Below are positions 1 to 10,545 of a DNA stretch of 15,119 nt, piece after piece. The stretch comes from Octopus sinensis (taxonomy: Eukaryota). Below the pieces are notes generated by a model. The model did not search any database, was not told the DNA's origin, and saw nothing but the letters and a program-made list of their open reading frames with translations. The first letter of the stretch is position 1. Each line of letters begins with the position of its first letter. Location: assembly GCF_006345805.1 (NCBI RefSeq), contig NW_021826605.1:1-15119 (forward strand), read 5' to 3'. Both the position numbers and the translations under genes were made by a program.

Positions 1-78
1 GTGACAATTTCATATGACAACCGCTAGAAAAAAACTGCCGTTCAACCGAAAAGATCCAGCCTTACTATTTTATCAATG

Positions 79-917
79 ACTAGCAGTATAGCCGCGGCTT
101 TGACTCGGGTTTGATTTTTAGTTGCGCTTAAAACGGCAGACTTTGATGTCGCGTTAACAAAGTTTTGACATAGTTTCAATCTATGAATAAAGTATAGTGT
201 GGCGACGCTCGAGTTTGCTCTGAATGTGCTGCACAATGTGTAATGGCGACTTCAATTGTGGTATTATTGGTTATGTTCCTTCTATTACATTTGGAGAAAA
301 AAAATTACTCGTAGATTTAAAGCAAAATGAAGCTCAAGTTTCGAACTGCACTGAAAATCTATTAAGAAGTTAACACTGCAACAGAATTCATTAAGAAAAA
401 GTACAGGAAAATCCAAACGTTAGTTAGAACAGTTTGTGGTTACAAAAAGCTGTCATTTTGAAGCCAAACGGGTGGGCAAGATGAATCGTGGTTGTAACTG
501 TAAAATGAATAAAATCGACTATTTTACATCACGTATAACTAAAAAATCTGCAAAATCAAAACATACTCATTGAAGGTTTGACTTGAACATCGTAGGTAGT
601 AACAGCATGCAAATCGCATTTTTTCTGGTTGAAATGCACCGAAGAATGGCGACACAGCAGTCAAAAAATCGTAAAAAATAGGGATTTTCATAGAAAAAAG
701 CACCTTTTTGATGTAAATAATTTTTGGTCTTAACATGGTCCGATTTGAATTTTTTCTTCTACGGAATGAAGAGCAAGCCTTCTTCTACCATACTCTCAAT
801 TTTGGTGAACTTGCGCTGCAGGGTCTCGGAGGAGATAGTGTTAGTTGAAGGCTACTAAACCTGCCACACACACACACACACACACACACAGACAATTTCA
901 GCTTTATATATATAGAT
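79..917. mobile_element. Possible non-autonomous Helitron/DINE-1(HINE)-like element
   Basis: Starts ACTAGCAGTATAGCCGCGGCTTTGACTCGGG (degenerate GC hairpin), has CCGATTTGAATTTTT at about 740, and ends (CA)n-CAGACAATTTCAGCTTTATATATATAGAT. These end motifs resemble invertebrate non-autonomous Helitron/HINE elements (recognition from memory only). No transposase ORF. Confidence 0.35.
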
Positions 918-1415
918 TCTGCATGGTTGATACATAACGAGGTCTCGGTCATCGTACCGCTTGTTACTTTTGATTACCAGTACTGATATAACAATCAAAC
1001 AACTCTGAAATAACAGCCAGTCGTGTAGAGAGATGATAGACTAGATAAAGCAACGCAGTTCTAATACAAATAAGGAGACAGGATGTTCATGGTTAAAAGG
1101 TATTTTATTATAAGTACACTACATAACAAGAAAATAAATGTTTATACTGTGTTACTGTGTAGGTTTCTGATCCGTTATGTGATCTGCAGCGTTACTTTCT
1201 CCTGTGGTACTCGAACTTTGCGAAATCGTGCTTAGAACTAGACTTCGGCGCTCAACAGGAGAATGGTAGAAGGTTTACAAACGACAGGCTGCATGACTCA
1301 CAGCCACATAATTCTGAATGAATTTTAAAGTATATATAAAAGCATTATAATGAAACGAAATAACAATTTCTCGTAACAAAACCCCAAACTGGAAAGTAGG
1401 AATTTCAAGGTGTTG

Positions 1416-1416
<1 letters not shown>

Positions 1417-1464
<48 letters not shown>

Positions 1465-1569
1465 GTGTGTGTGTTGTGTGTGTGTGTGTATATATATGCA
1501 TGTACTATATATGTATGTATATATATATACATATATATATCTATATATATATCTATCTATATATATATA

Positions 1570-1611
<42 letters not shown>

Positions 1612-1640
1612 TATATATATATATTTGGGTGTGTGTGTTA
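1417..1640. repeat. (TA)n/(TG)n compound microsatellite
   Basis: Direct reading. Confidence 0.97.
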
Positions 1641-1650
1641 TAATAATAAT

Positions 1651-2050
1651 ATTAGGGAGTATTACTCCAAACTTACAGGTGAAACTTCAATTTAGACTAA
1701 ATCAAATTTCACAATATAAATATATAATATATATAAATTAGAGAAAAACCACTGTTATGTAATTCAAACAATGATAGACATAAACCATATCATATAGAAA
1801 AAATAAAATATATTATAAAACATATAACTAGATCACAAAAGTACAAAAAAGGAATAAACAATATATAATAAGTAAAAAGACTACGTACATTTCGTGGCTA
1901 TAACTATAATTCGACTTACAATCAAAATTAAATTTAATCGAAAAACAATTCAATTTAAAAGTATAGTCACTCCTTAGGGCATCAATAATAAAAATAATGG
2001 TTAAATAAATAATAAAATAGAATTAAACAAATTTTCTGAATATAATAATT
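1651..2050 (-). mobile_element. AT-rich Penelope pLTR-like element with degenerate hammerhead, flanked by (TA)n
   Basis: Homologous to 7198-7500 (TTAGGGA..TCCAAA(C)TTACAGG; AAATTAGAGA.AAAACCACT). The minus strand of 1878-1980 reads CTAAGGA-gtgactata...tatagccac-GAAAT-gtac-GTA, a decayed HHR. Confidence 0.55.
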
Positions 2051-2074
2051 TTAAAAAAAAATATTGTTGTATTG

Positions 2075-2125
2075 TATACGTGTATATTTATATATATATA
2101 TCTTCATATACATGTATATATATAT

Positions 2126-2203
<78 letters not shown>

Positions 2204-2430
2204 ATATATATATACATACATATATATATATATATACATATATACACACACAAATATAGGTATATATATTCATATGAATATATATATATATATATACCAC
2301 ACATATATACAGATATATATATGTATAATACATATATATGTGTGTGTGCATAAAGACGTGTATATATATACATATATATATATATATATAATATATATAT
2401 ATATATAGATACATATGTGTGAATACACAC

Positions 2431-2489
<59 letters not shown>

Positions 2490-2520
2490 GCATACATACA
2501 CATATATTCATGTACACATA
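2075..2520. repeat. (TA)n/(CA)n compound microsatellite
   Basis: Direct reading. Confidence 0.97.
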
Positions 2521-2585
2521 GTCACTCAAATACATATACATGAATAAGTTGAGAGATTGAAGTTAACGTATGAAAAAGGAAGGTT

Positions 2586-3452
2586 TTACTTGTAAAAGTG
2601 TAGTTCTTTTGTTAACATGCTTACTATGCAAGGAACTTGTTTCATTTCATTAATCTCTGAATGTCTAGTCTTAGACTCATATTCATAGGCAACCATGCGA
2701 TTTACCGAAAGCATTAATTGTTGCAGTTCAAGTCGGTCTCCGTCTTTTTCCAAAATGTGAGCCAACGACTGAATAAACCACGTTCCGTTAGTAGAATTTT
2801 CATAGGAGTAAAATCCAGGGACAGTGGAATAAGCCAGAAGAACGTCTGCCCAAAGTGGTATTTTCTGAGATGTAATATTATGATATTTGACTCTAACATC
2901 ACCAGCATCGTGCATAACTGCACCACTGTCCAGTTTTGTTCCCCGACAGGCTTGTATGAAGAATAGTTTTGGCTTACCTATTAAATCTGGGCATGAATCA
3001 GGAAGCAACATCTCCACTAAATCGTCAAGATTTATTAAGTCATCAGTGCCATATATCTGGTTATCGTCTTCACCGTGAGACAATATAACACAAACGAAGC
3101 AATTATGGTTTCCATGGTCCAATGCGGATATATCATAAAAGATTTGCTTCATGCTTTTCACTGATAAATTCTTGCGTTCAATCACCTTAAAATGCAATGA
3201 CTCCAATGTGTGTTTAATTGCTGATGCATCTCTCTCTGATCCTTGTCGTTTAGACATTTTAGTCGATTCCTCAAACTCTACGTTATTTATTATTAAAGCC
3301 AGATTGACTCTATTACGATCCATGTTATATCTGGTATTTACAAATTCGCTACATGCACCAGCAAACTCCATTTCCTCGTCCTGAAACGGGAAATCGGGAT
3401 CTTTCTCCTTAAAAAATACACCTTCTAGAGTTTTTGTATATGTGTAGTCCAT
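2586..3452 (-). CDS. Effector-type caspase (caspase-3/7-like, peptidase C14A), single exon, 288 aa
   Basis: Uninterrupted ORF with LALIINN-F, ILSHG (His126), KPKLFFIQACRG (Cys169), linker VMHD/AG, IP..AD.L.AYST.PG.YS, G.WFIQSL, and terminal KQVP...SMLTKELHF. Short N-terminus with no CARD/DED inside the ORF. Confidence 0.95.
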   Translation of the reverse strand: MDYTYTKTLEGVFFKEKDPDFPFQDEEMEFAGACSEFVNTRYNMDRNRVNLALIINNVEFEESTKMSKRQGSERDASAIKHTLESLHFKVIERKNLSVKSMKQIFYDISALDHGNHNCFVCVILSHGEDDNQIYGTDDLINLDDLVEMLLPDSCPDLIGKPKLFFIQACRGTKLDSGAVMHDAGDVRVKYHNITSQKIPLWADVLLAYSTVPGFYSYENSTNGTWFIQSLAHILEKDGDRLELQQLMLSVNRMVAYEYESKTRHSEINEMKQVPCIVSMLTKELHFYK

Positions 3453-4099
3453 CGTTGATTGGAATATGTATGAATGTTCGAAAATGAATCAGAGAAACAA
3501 TAAAGCGTGGATTGTTATGAAAACTGACGTAAAAATTTCACAGCAGTTAAGGAACAGAAGAAGACGATAATTTAGCGCCGTTTTCGTCGTTGTTCAGCAC
3601 TTAAATTGAATTCTTAATAAATTTCCAAATGGTGTGAATAACGGAAGCGATTATTCAATAGATATTAATAAATGTAGGTTAATAATCAATAAAGTAAAGT
3701 ATCCATTTTTGTTAAACGTACTCCTGGGTTTAATCAATATATAACTGCTAATATACCTTAATAAAAAGTCCAGACATAGCTTGATTACAAAATAGATACT
3801 CCACTGAAACACAATTTCCCCGAATATGTACGTGATGCTACAATGGTCAGTCAACACAAGACTGCTTCTGCGTCTAATCAATATGTAGAATATGCTATGT
3901 GTCTTTCGATAAATATATACATTTTTGTTGCGAGTAACACTGGCGTTTGAAACTGTTAAATTTCTCTCTGTTTACAAGACATATACTTGCTAAATCCTTC
4001 AATCCGAGCTGCAGTCGTTCTTTTAAATTTGTTTTTGTGTCCGTTAGTGTGAGATCGAGATTCCGTTTGCTTGTGGACTTTGTTTTGTGTGTCTGTGTT

Positions 4100-4130
4100 G
4101 GGTGTGAGTGTGTGTGTGTGTGTGTGTGTT
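4100..4130. repeat. (TG)n microsatellite
   Basis: Direct reading. Confidence 0.9.
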
Positions 4131-4424
4131 TTATGCATATGTATGTGTATAATTTTACGTCTCTACTTTTGTTTGTTCAGTTTGTCTTTTGTAGTTGAAA
4201 GTTCAGTTCATTTTCTTATCTTATCTTTTACATGTTGTAAAATGCAAATGAACCAGTAAACTCTGGAGGAGGGGAAACTAGAACAACAAACATAGTAGGA
4301 GTGAGTTACGGTCAGAGGTGTTAGATGCGAGGAAACTAATGAAATGTTTCAATCTGAAGTCGTTGATATTTTAATCAAAATGAAACTAAATTTTATCGTT
4401 AATTACATTTATCTTATCAGATTA

Positions 4425-4960
4425 ACACACACATACATGCACATACATACATACATACATACATACATACATACATACATACATACATACACACATACAT
4501 ACATACATACATACATACATACATACATACATACATACATAATACACACATACATACATACATACATACACACATACATACATACATGCATACATACATA
4601 TATATACATACACACATACATACATACATACATACATAATACACACATACTTCATACATACAAACATACATACATATATATACATACACACATACATATA
4701 CATACATACATACACACATACATACATACATACATACATACATACATACATACAACACACATACATACATACAAATACATACATACATACATACAAACAT
4801 ACATACACACATACATACATACATACATACACACATACATACATGCCATACATACATACATACACACATACATACAAACATACATACATAATACATACAT
4901 ACATACATACATACATAATATATATATATATATACATACATACACACACACGCACACATA
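4425..4960. repeat. (CATA)n tetranucleotide microsatellite with CA/TA interruptions
   Basis: Direct reading; it generates the HTYI/MYVC pseudo-ORFs. Confidence 0.97.
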
Positions 4961-4967
4961 TATACTA

Positions 4968-5127
4968 CGCAGGGAGTACATACTGTATGCCTTGCTTACC
5001 AACCACATGGTTCCGGGTTCAGTCGCCACTGCGTTGGCACCTTTGTCCAGTGTCTTCTACTATAGCTCGGGCCGACCAAAGCCTTGTGAGTGGATTTGGG
5101 AGACGGAAACTGAAAGAAGCCGTCGTA
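4968..5127 (+). mobile_element. tRNA-derived SINE, 5' half (Octopus-type)
   Basis: CTTGCTTACCAACCACATGGTTCCGGGTTCAGTC...GGAAACTGAAAGAAGCC; near-identical to 5455-5612. Confidence 0.85.
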
Positions 5128-5143
5128 TTTATGTATATATATA

Positions 5144-5231
5144 CACTTGCCCAAGGTGCCACGCAGTGGGACTGAACCCGGAACCATGTGGTTGGTAAAC
5201 AAGCTACTTACCACACAGCCACTCCTGCGCC
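5144..5231 (-). mobile_element. tRNA-derived SINE head, same family, inverted
   Basis: Reverse complement of GGAGTGGCTGTGTGGTAAGTAGCTTG...GGTTCAGTCCCACTGCGTGGCACCTTGGGCAAGTG. Confidence 0.85.
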
Positions 5232-5445
5232 GTGGAGGCACGTGGCTTAGTGGATAGGGTGTCAGCATCATGATCGTAAGATTGTGGTTTCGATTCCTGG
5301 ACCGGGCGACGCGTTACTGGCAAAAATGAGTAACGCTGCAATGGACTGGCATCCCGTCCAGCTGGGGAACATATACGCCATTGAAACCGGGAAAACCGGG
5401 TTTATGAGCCTGGCTAGGCTTTAAAAGGGCTCATTTATTTTATTT
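5232..5445 (+). mobile_element. Second tRNA-derived SINE family
   Basis: Pol III A-box TGGCTTAGTGG (5243-5253), B-box GGTTTCGATTCC (5286-5297), non-tRNA body and a (TTTA)n-like tail. Confidence 0.75.
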
Positions 5446-5454
5446 CATATATAT

Positions 5455-5862
5455 AGGAGTGGCTGTGTGGTAAGTAGCTTGCTAACCAACCACATGGTTC
5501 CGGGTTCAGTCCCACTGCGTGGCATCTTGGGCAAGTGTCTTCTGCTATAGCCCCGGGCCGACCAATGCCTTATGAGTGGATTTGGTAGACGGAAACTGAA
5601 AGAAGCCTGTCGTATATATGTATATATGTATATATGTATGTGTGTGTGTGTTTGTGTGTCTGTGTTTGTCCCCTTAGCATTGCTTGACAACTGATGGTGG
5701 TGTGTTTACGTCCCCGTAACTTAGCGGTTCGGCAAAAGAGACCGATAGAATAAGTACTGGGCTTACAAAGAATAAGTCCCGGGGTCGATTTGCTCGACTA
5801 AAGGCGGTGCTCCAGCATGGCCGCAGTCAAAATGACTGAAACAAGTAAAAGAGTAAAAGAGT
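5455..5862 (+). mobile_element. Full-length tRNA-derived SINE (Octopus-type) with internal TA/TG tract and (AAAAGAGT) tail
   Basis: A-box-like TGGCTGTGTGG, B-box-like GGTTCAGTCCC, body, and 3' AATGACTGAAACAAGTAAAAGAGTAAAAGAG. Partial copies occur elsewhere in the window. Confidence 0.88.
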
Positions 5863-5916
5863 ATATAACAGTATTAACAAAATAGGAGATATAATGTGTA
5901 ATAGACTTTATATGAG

Positions 5917-5960
5917 TATAACACATGTTTCGACCCGTTCTGGGTCTCCTCGGGTGCATC
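5917..5960 (-). ncRNA. Degenerate hammerhead-like motif
   Basis: Minus strand: gcac-CCGAGGA-gaccc(agaac)gggtc-GAAAC-atgtgt. Stem II is perfect, but cleavage triplet and stem I cannot both be satisfied. Confidence 0.45.
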
Positions 5961-6171
5961 AATAAAAAGTCTCACTAGAGATTTCTTGAGTCGGCTTACG
6001 GACTGCTATATGTCCATCAAATTCGAGACTGAGTAGAATCAGAGAAAAATTACTGAAACGCAAATTTCAAATATGAACTTGGGAAGTGTACATTCTAGTA
6101 TAGAGAAAATGACGTAATCAGCTTTCGCTGTTGTACCGCTTTGAAATTTAGGTCGAATATTTCGCCCCCTG

Positions 6172-6435
6172 CACTTATTTTTTAGGCTCGGTACTTATTT
6201 TATCGGGGTCTATTGTCGAATCGCTAAGTTACGGGGACTCAAACACAGCATCACCGGTTGTCAAGCGAAAATGATGGGACAAAAACAGATCAGACAGACA
6301 CACACACACACACATAAGACGGGCTTCTTTCAGTTTTCATCTACCAAATGCACTGACAGGGTTTTGGTTGCCCCGAGGTTATAGGAGAAGATGCTTACCT
6401 AAGGTGCCACGCAGAGGGACTGAACCCGGAACCAC
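6172..6435 (-). mobile_element. Diverged copy of the 5455-5862 SINE, inverted
   Basis: Reverse-complement matches: GCTAAGTTACGGGGAC, CTTCTTTCAGTTT, AAGGTGCCACGCAG.GGGACTGAACCCGGAACCAC. Confidence 0.85.
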
Positions 6436-6527
6436 GTATATATATTATATATACATTATACTCTCTATTATAAATTCATTATGCTCTATATTAAATTATA
6501 TTATTTCATATAAATGTTTTATATATA

Positions 6528-6874
6528 TTGGGTTGTCCGGAAAGTTCTTGCCGATTTTTAAAGGAAAGAAAAAGGTCAATAAATACTTGCCATTACATTT
6601 TTAATCAACCAAATATGAACCATTTTGTTGCACAATGCGTCTCCATCTTTCTTTTAACTTGAAAATACACTTTTTCCCAGAATTGAGGTGGTTTCATGGC
6701 AAAGAATTCATCAAGGTAATTTTTTACGTCATCCAAGGAATTGATATTTTTACCATTAAGACTATTCTGCAGAGACCTGAATAAGTGGAAATCCGAAGGA
6801 TCAATATCTGGTAAATATGGAGGGTGGGGTAACACATCCCAGCCGAGCTGCAGCAATTTTTGTCTGGTTCCCAA
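6528..6874 (-). mobile_element. Mariner DNA transposon 3' fragment (transposase C-terminus plus terminal inverted repeat)
   Basis: ORF 6605-6874 has WDVLPHPPYLPDIDPSDFHLFRSLQNSL, a degenerate mariner YSPDLAPSD motif, with a C-terminal frameshift. TA followed by TTGGGTTGTCCGGAAAGTTC at 6526-6547 resembles a mariner TIR. Confidence 0.9.
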
Positions 6875-6998
6875 GTGCCGAAAATGAACTTACAACTTCA
6901 ATATCCATGCATATCTTGCATCTATTTTCTTTCCTCCAACTCACTCTCTATTTTGTATCACATCTAAACTAACTATGACTTAACCATCCTCTCACACC

Positions 6999-7050
6999 TT
7001 CTCCGATGAAGGGATATGATTAATAAATATCCTAGAAACAACTGTAATAC
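6999..7050 (+). ncRNA. Degenerate hammerhead-like motif
   Basis: CCGATGA (7003-7009), stem II gggatat/atatcct, GAAAC (7035-7039), aact, GTA (7044-7046). Stem I is poorly paired. Confidence 0.5.
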
Positions 7051-7146
7051 CTATCTATAAATGGTCTAATATCTACACAGCCTTGGTTTTTTTTATCGTA
7101 TTACGCAAAAGAAAATTCTGATATACATACATATATATATATTATA

Positions 7147-7192
<46 letters not shown>

Positions 7193-7197
7193 AATAT

Positions 7198-8045
7198 ATT
7201 AGGGAATAAATCCAAATTACAGGAAAAAAATCAGATTTAGGATTTAATTCAATTTTATAGTAAAATATTATATTATATTAAATTAGAGATAAAACCACTA
7301 TTAGGCAAATCAAACAATGAAAAACTTAAGCCAATACATAAAATTAATTAATTTATATTATTTTAAATATATGTCAAAAGGATTAAAAGTTTAATAAAAG
7401 ATAATGAGTAAAACACTACGATCGTTTCATGGCTGTCCAATTCGTAATAATTCGAGTTATGGTTACAGTCAATCTTCAGGTAATTGAAATATCTAAAATA
7501 TAATCAGAAATATTTAAACAATATTTTTAAGATATAAATAATATAATAATTTTACTTATAATAAACTCTATTATCAAACTAGAAACATAGAACTTAACAA
7601 TTATGACTATATCAAAATCGACTATAATGTTGAATATTAATTTTAATTTATAAGGTAGGAAACCCACCCATAATCTAATATCGGTATTAGTCTATATCTA
7701 ATTACATAAATATTTAAAAATGACTAATATATATAAATTATCAATGAAAATATATATATGTATATAAATATTGTTATTAAGATCTAAAATAATCTCTATA
7801 AATAAATGTATATGCACATATAATAAAAACCTAATAAATTTAATTTTTCATATTTAAAGATGAAATAGCTAATTTCAAAATACAAATAAACAAACTTAAA
7901 TGAACTTTCGGAAATCTTATGTAAAATACTTTTAGAGATAATCAATTCGTAGTAATAGAGTATCGAATAAATACTATAAATACTATAAATACTATAAATA
8001 TAATTATTGATTTGCCTAATAGTGGTTTTATTTCTAATTTAATAT

Positions 8046-8048
<3 letters not shown>
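7198..8048 (-). mobile_element. AT-rich Penelope pLTR-like element between (TA)n tracts, with inverted terminal fragment
   Basis: 7276-7313 recurs inverted at 8007-8044 (37/38 identical). Contains an HHR on the minus strand and is related to 1651-2050. Confidence 0.6.
7411..7484 (-). ncRNA. Type I hammerhead ribozyme, canonical core, palindromic stem III
   Basis: Minus strand: attac-CTGAAGA-ttgactgt...acagccat-GAAAC-gatc-GTA-gtgtt. Stem III ACGATCGT is palindromic. Predicted cut between 7417 and 7416. Confidence 0.65.
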
Positions 8049-8118
<70 letters not shown>

Positions 8119-8120
8119 AT

Positions 8121-8330
8121 ACCAAAGTAAGCACATAAATGCGTAACAAGGTAGAAAAAACTTGTACTCGAATACCAGAATTAGAGTAACATGCTTTATT
8201 AGAAAGCAGCCAAAATATCACAAAAACTGTTACTCAGAGTTTCACGTTCCCTTTCGTCGGGCAGTTTTCTAAACAAAACTGTTCGACGAACGATAACGTG
8301 AACTCTGAGTAACAGTATTTGTGATATATA
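8121..8330. mobile_element. (TA)n-flanked repeat ending in a 113-bp hairpin made of two inverted hammerhead-like motifs
   Basis: Arms 8215-8268 and 8275-8327 are complementary; each arm reads stem I-(C/T)CGACGA-stem II-GAA(A)C-TCTGA-GTA-ACAGT. Repeated at 10781-10985. Confidence 0.65.
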
Positions 8331-8348
8331 TACATACATACATAATAT

Positions 8349-8388
<40 letters not shown>

Positions 8389-8571
8389 TATATATATATA
8401 TATATATAAAGTATAATAGCCATCTCAATATGGCTAACCACAAAGGGGGGGGTGTTACTGTAGCTTTTAGCCCCAGGAGATCATCGTCTCCAGCTGGCTT
8501 AGGCACACTATCTGTGCCCTTATGCTATTTGCAAAGGGAGGCCATCCCTTTCTCGTAAGCCTAAGTGATAC

Positions 8572-8614
8572 GCACGGACTGCAGTTTCGAGGTTGTTGCC
8601 TCTTGTCAACGGGC
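8572..8614 (-). ncRNA. Type I hammerhead ribozyme (U3-A8 core variant), antisense copy
   Basis: Exact reverse complement of 10496-10538. Confidence 0.8.
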
Positions 8615-8826
8615 GGTAATCACCGGATGAACTCCTGGGGCTAAAAGCTACAGTAACACCCCCCTTTGTGGTTAGCCATATTGAGATGGCTATTATACTT
8701 TACATTGTCGAGGGGCTACTGTTTACATCTCGTTCAGAGATTTAATAATGCTGCAGACAGTTTTCGAAATCAGTGACGGAAGTTACTAGAAAAAACAATA
8801 TATATTGCATACAGGCTTTCCCTTTC

Positions 8827-8840
8827 ATCGTGATCCGGTG
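8827..8840 (+). repeat. 14-bp direct repeat (putative target-site duplication), left copy
   Basis: ATCGTGATCCGGTG, identical at 10476-10489; the flanking bases differ on both sides. Confidence 0.8.
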
Positions 8841-8957
8841 GTTTTTTTGTTTGTGTCGGATATTTTGGATTAAGTTTATTGTGTATCGCGGTTGTGAGTT
8901 TGAATTCGTTGGTGGAAGCTGTTACGGCGTGGTGAATTGTGGGTGTTTTTTTCGAAT

Positions 8958-10304
8958 ATGCAAACCCAAACTTATGTAGGAGCGGCAGGCAAGGCTCTGG
9001 CTGCGACCGAGCTGCAGTTGGAGGAAGTGGTCGTCGAGAAGGAGAGCCTGAAGGAATACTTCAACAGTTTCAAGAAGGAGGGTGACTGCCTGAGAGTCAC
9101 ACTACCAGAAGACGAAGTGAAGGAGGCAGAGAGGCGTATTGTGACATATAGAACGTGGAGCGTGGCTTCGAAGAAAATAGAAGTGGCAGAGGTAAAGGAA
9201 ATCGAGAGGTGTTTGCAGGAGATTGAAGAAAAAGCTACCTTCTATAATAGAGGTAGAAAGTACGCGACGGTGGTAGTTCATTTTGAGAAAGAAGCTGAAG
9301 CGAAGAAGAACGCTACGAAGATATTGAAAAATGAAAAATGGGTATTACTACCTAGCTATTGTGGAAGACGAGCGGTGAGAATAAGGATCAGCAAAATTTC
9401 ACCAGAATTGAAAATGGAGAGAATTATAGCAGCAACAATATTTAACTGCAAGGAGAATGTCGAGATATTGAAGATAGAAAGGTCGAAGGAAGTAAAGAGG
9501 TGGGGTTATGCAGTACAGGCTTTGGTACACATAACCATGCCAGACATGTATAACATCCCTGAAGAGTTGGTGTTCCCCGACGAGACACGACTCATAGTCA
9601 TGGTAGAGGGGAGACCCCCAGTGTGCTACACATGCAAGATTAGAGGCCACATGAAGGATGTGTGTCCGCAAAAAAAGTACAAGAGGAGATGATAACATTG
9701 GAGGCTCTGACAGAGGAATTGCAAATGGCGGATGTAGAAGAAGAAAGTGTGGATACAGATAATGTGGAAAGTGGTAATGAGTTGGTAAAGGAGGAAGAAA
9801 AGGAAAGAACAGAAGGAAAAGAAGATAGGAAGAGAACGCGGGTGGAATCATCACCTAAAGTACAACAAAAAAAAAAAGAAAAAAACCAAAAAGAAGACTA
9901 CCGACGAGATAGAGGTTCGAACGCACGAAGAGGAAGATACTGAAACAAAAGCGAGTGAAGTTTCAAGGAGAAAGAATGGGAAAGTAAAGTGGAAGATTGG
10001 CTGAGAGTATGTAGGGAAGGAAGTAGACCAAAAGGAAGAAATTTGAAAGCGGTAATGTTGTACAAGAAGGACAAGGAAATTGAGAAGTTGGCAAACATAG
10101 AAAAATTTAACCAGAGTGAAATTAAATCCGAAAATGTTTGATGACCAGGTGAAGGCGGCGATTGTGGAAAGAGAGACAGGGATGAAACTGAGCAAAGTGT
10201 ATACAGGTATATGCATAATGCAATACGTTCGGTACGAGAGTTTGCCAGGGATTATAGAGCAGGAGGAAGTACTTGAATACATAACAGATGAACGCCCGGA
10301 ATAA
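8958..10304 (+). pseudogene. Gag/LINE-ORF1-like nucleic-acid-binding protein with CCHC zinc knuckle, frameshifted (about 448 codons if repaired)
   Basis: ATG at 8958. GRPPVCYTCKIRGHMKDVCP (CX2CX4HX4C) ends the first frame (stop 9690-9692). Coding-like continuation needs four frame changes, all at homopolymers (about 9670, 9870, 9962, 10100), with net zero shift. No RT or endonuclease follows; AATAAA at 10464-10469. Confidence 0.75.
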
Positions 10305-10475
10305 AACAATTTAAATGAAACTGTGAGCTTGGGGACCCATAAGACATTTCATTAATTCATTATAAATAATTCATTGTCATACCATACTTTTCGATTTTTT
10401 TATTATATGTACCCCATGTCCTGTATTGTAATGTCTCCTCTGAATTTGGGCCATTGTGCCTATAATAAAGAGTTA

Positions 10476-10489
10476 ATCGTGATCCGGTG
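10476..10489 (+). repeat. 14-bp direct repeat (putative target-site duplication), right copy
   Basis: ATCGTGATCCGGTG. Confidence 0.8.
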
Positions 10490-10545
10490 ATTACCGCCCG
10501 TTGACAAGAGGCAACAACCTCGAAACTGCAGTCCGTGCGTATCAC
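10487..10545 (+). ncRNA. Type I hammerhead ribozyme (U3-A8 core variant) with extended stem I
   Basis: gtgat-tac-cgcccg-TTGACAA (10501-10507)-gagg(caacaa)cctc-GAAAC-tgca-GTC (10531-10533)-cgtgcg-t-atcac. Confidence 0.85.

Noticed and set aside
1410-2541. ORFs rich in IY/YI/VC dipeptides
   Set aside because: Translations of (TA)n and (TG)n microsatellites.
2714-3384. Short ORFs overlapping the caspase
   Set aside because: Alternative-frame or antisense shadows with no motifs.
3500-4300. Promoter or upstream exon of the caspase (CGGAAG motif near 3643, weak splice-like sites)
   Set aside because: Motifs are too short and common to support a call without transcript data.
4344-5198. 284-aa HTYI-repeat ORF and overlapping MYVC ORFs
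   Set aside because: Translations of the (CATA)n tract running into a SINE.
5232-5300. Possible tRNA gene
   Set aside because: A and B boxes are present, but there is no clean cloverleaf and it continues into a SINE body and tail.
7968-8000. Three copies of AATACTATA(A)
   Set aside because: Simple slippage minisatellite in AT-rich DNA.
9399-10309. Minus-strand ORFs of 151-152 aa (F/L/S-rich)
   Set aside because: Antisense reading of the purine-rich Gag-like sequence.
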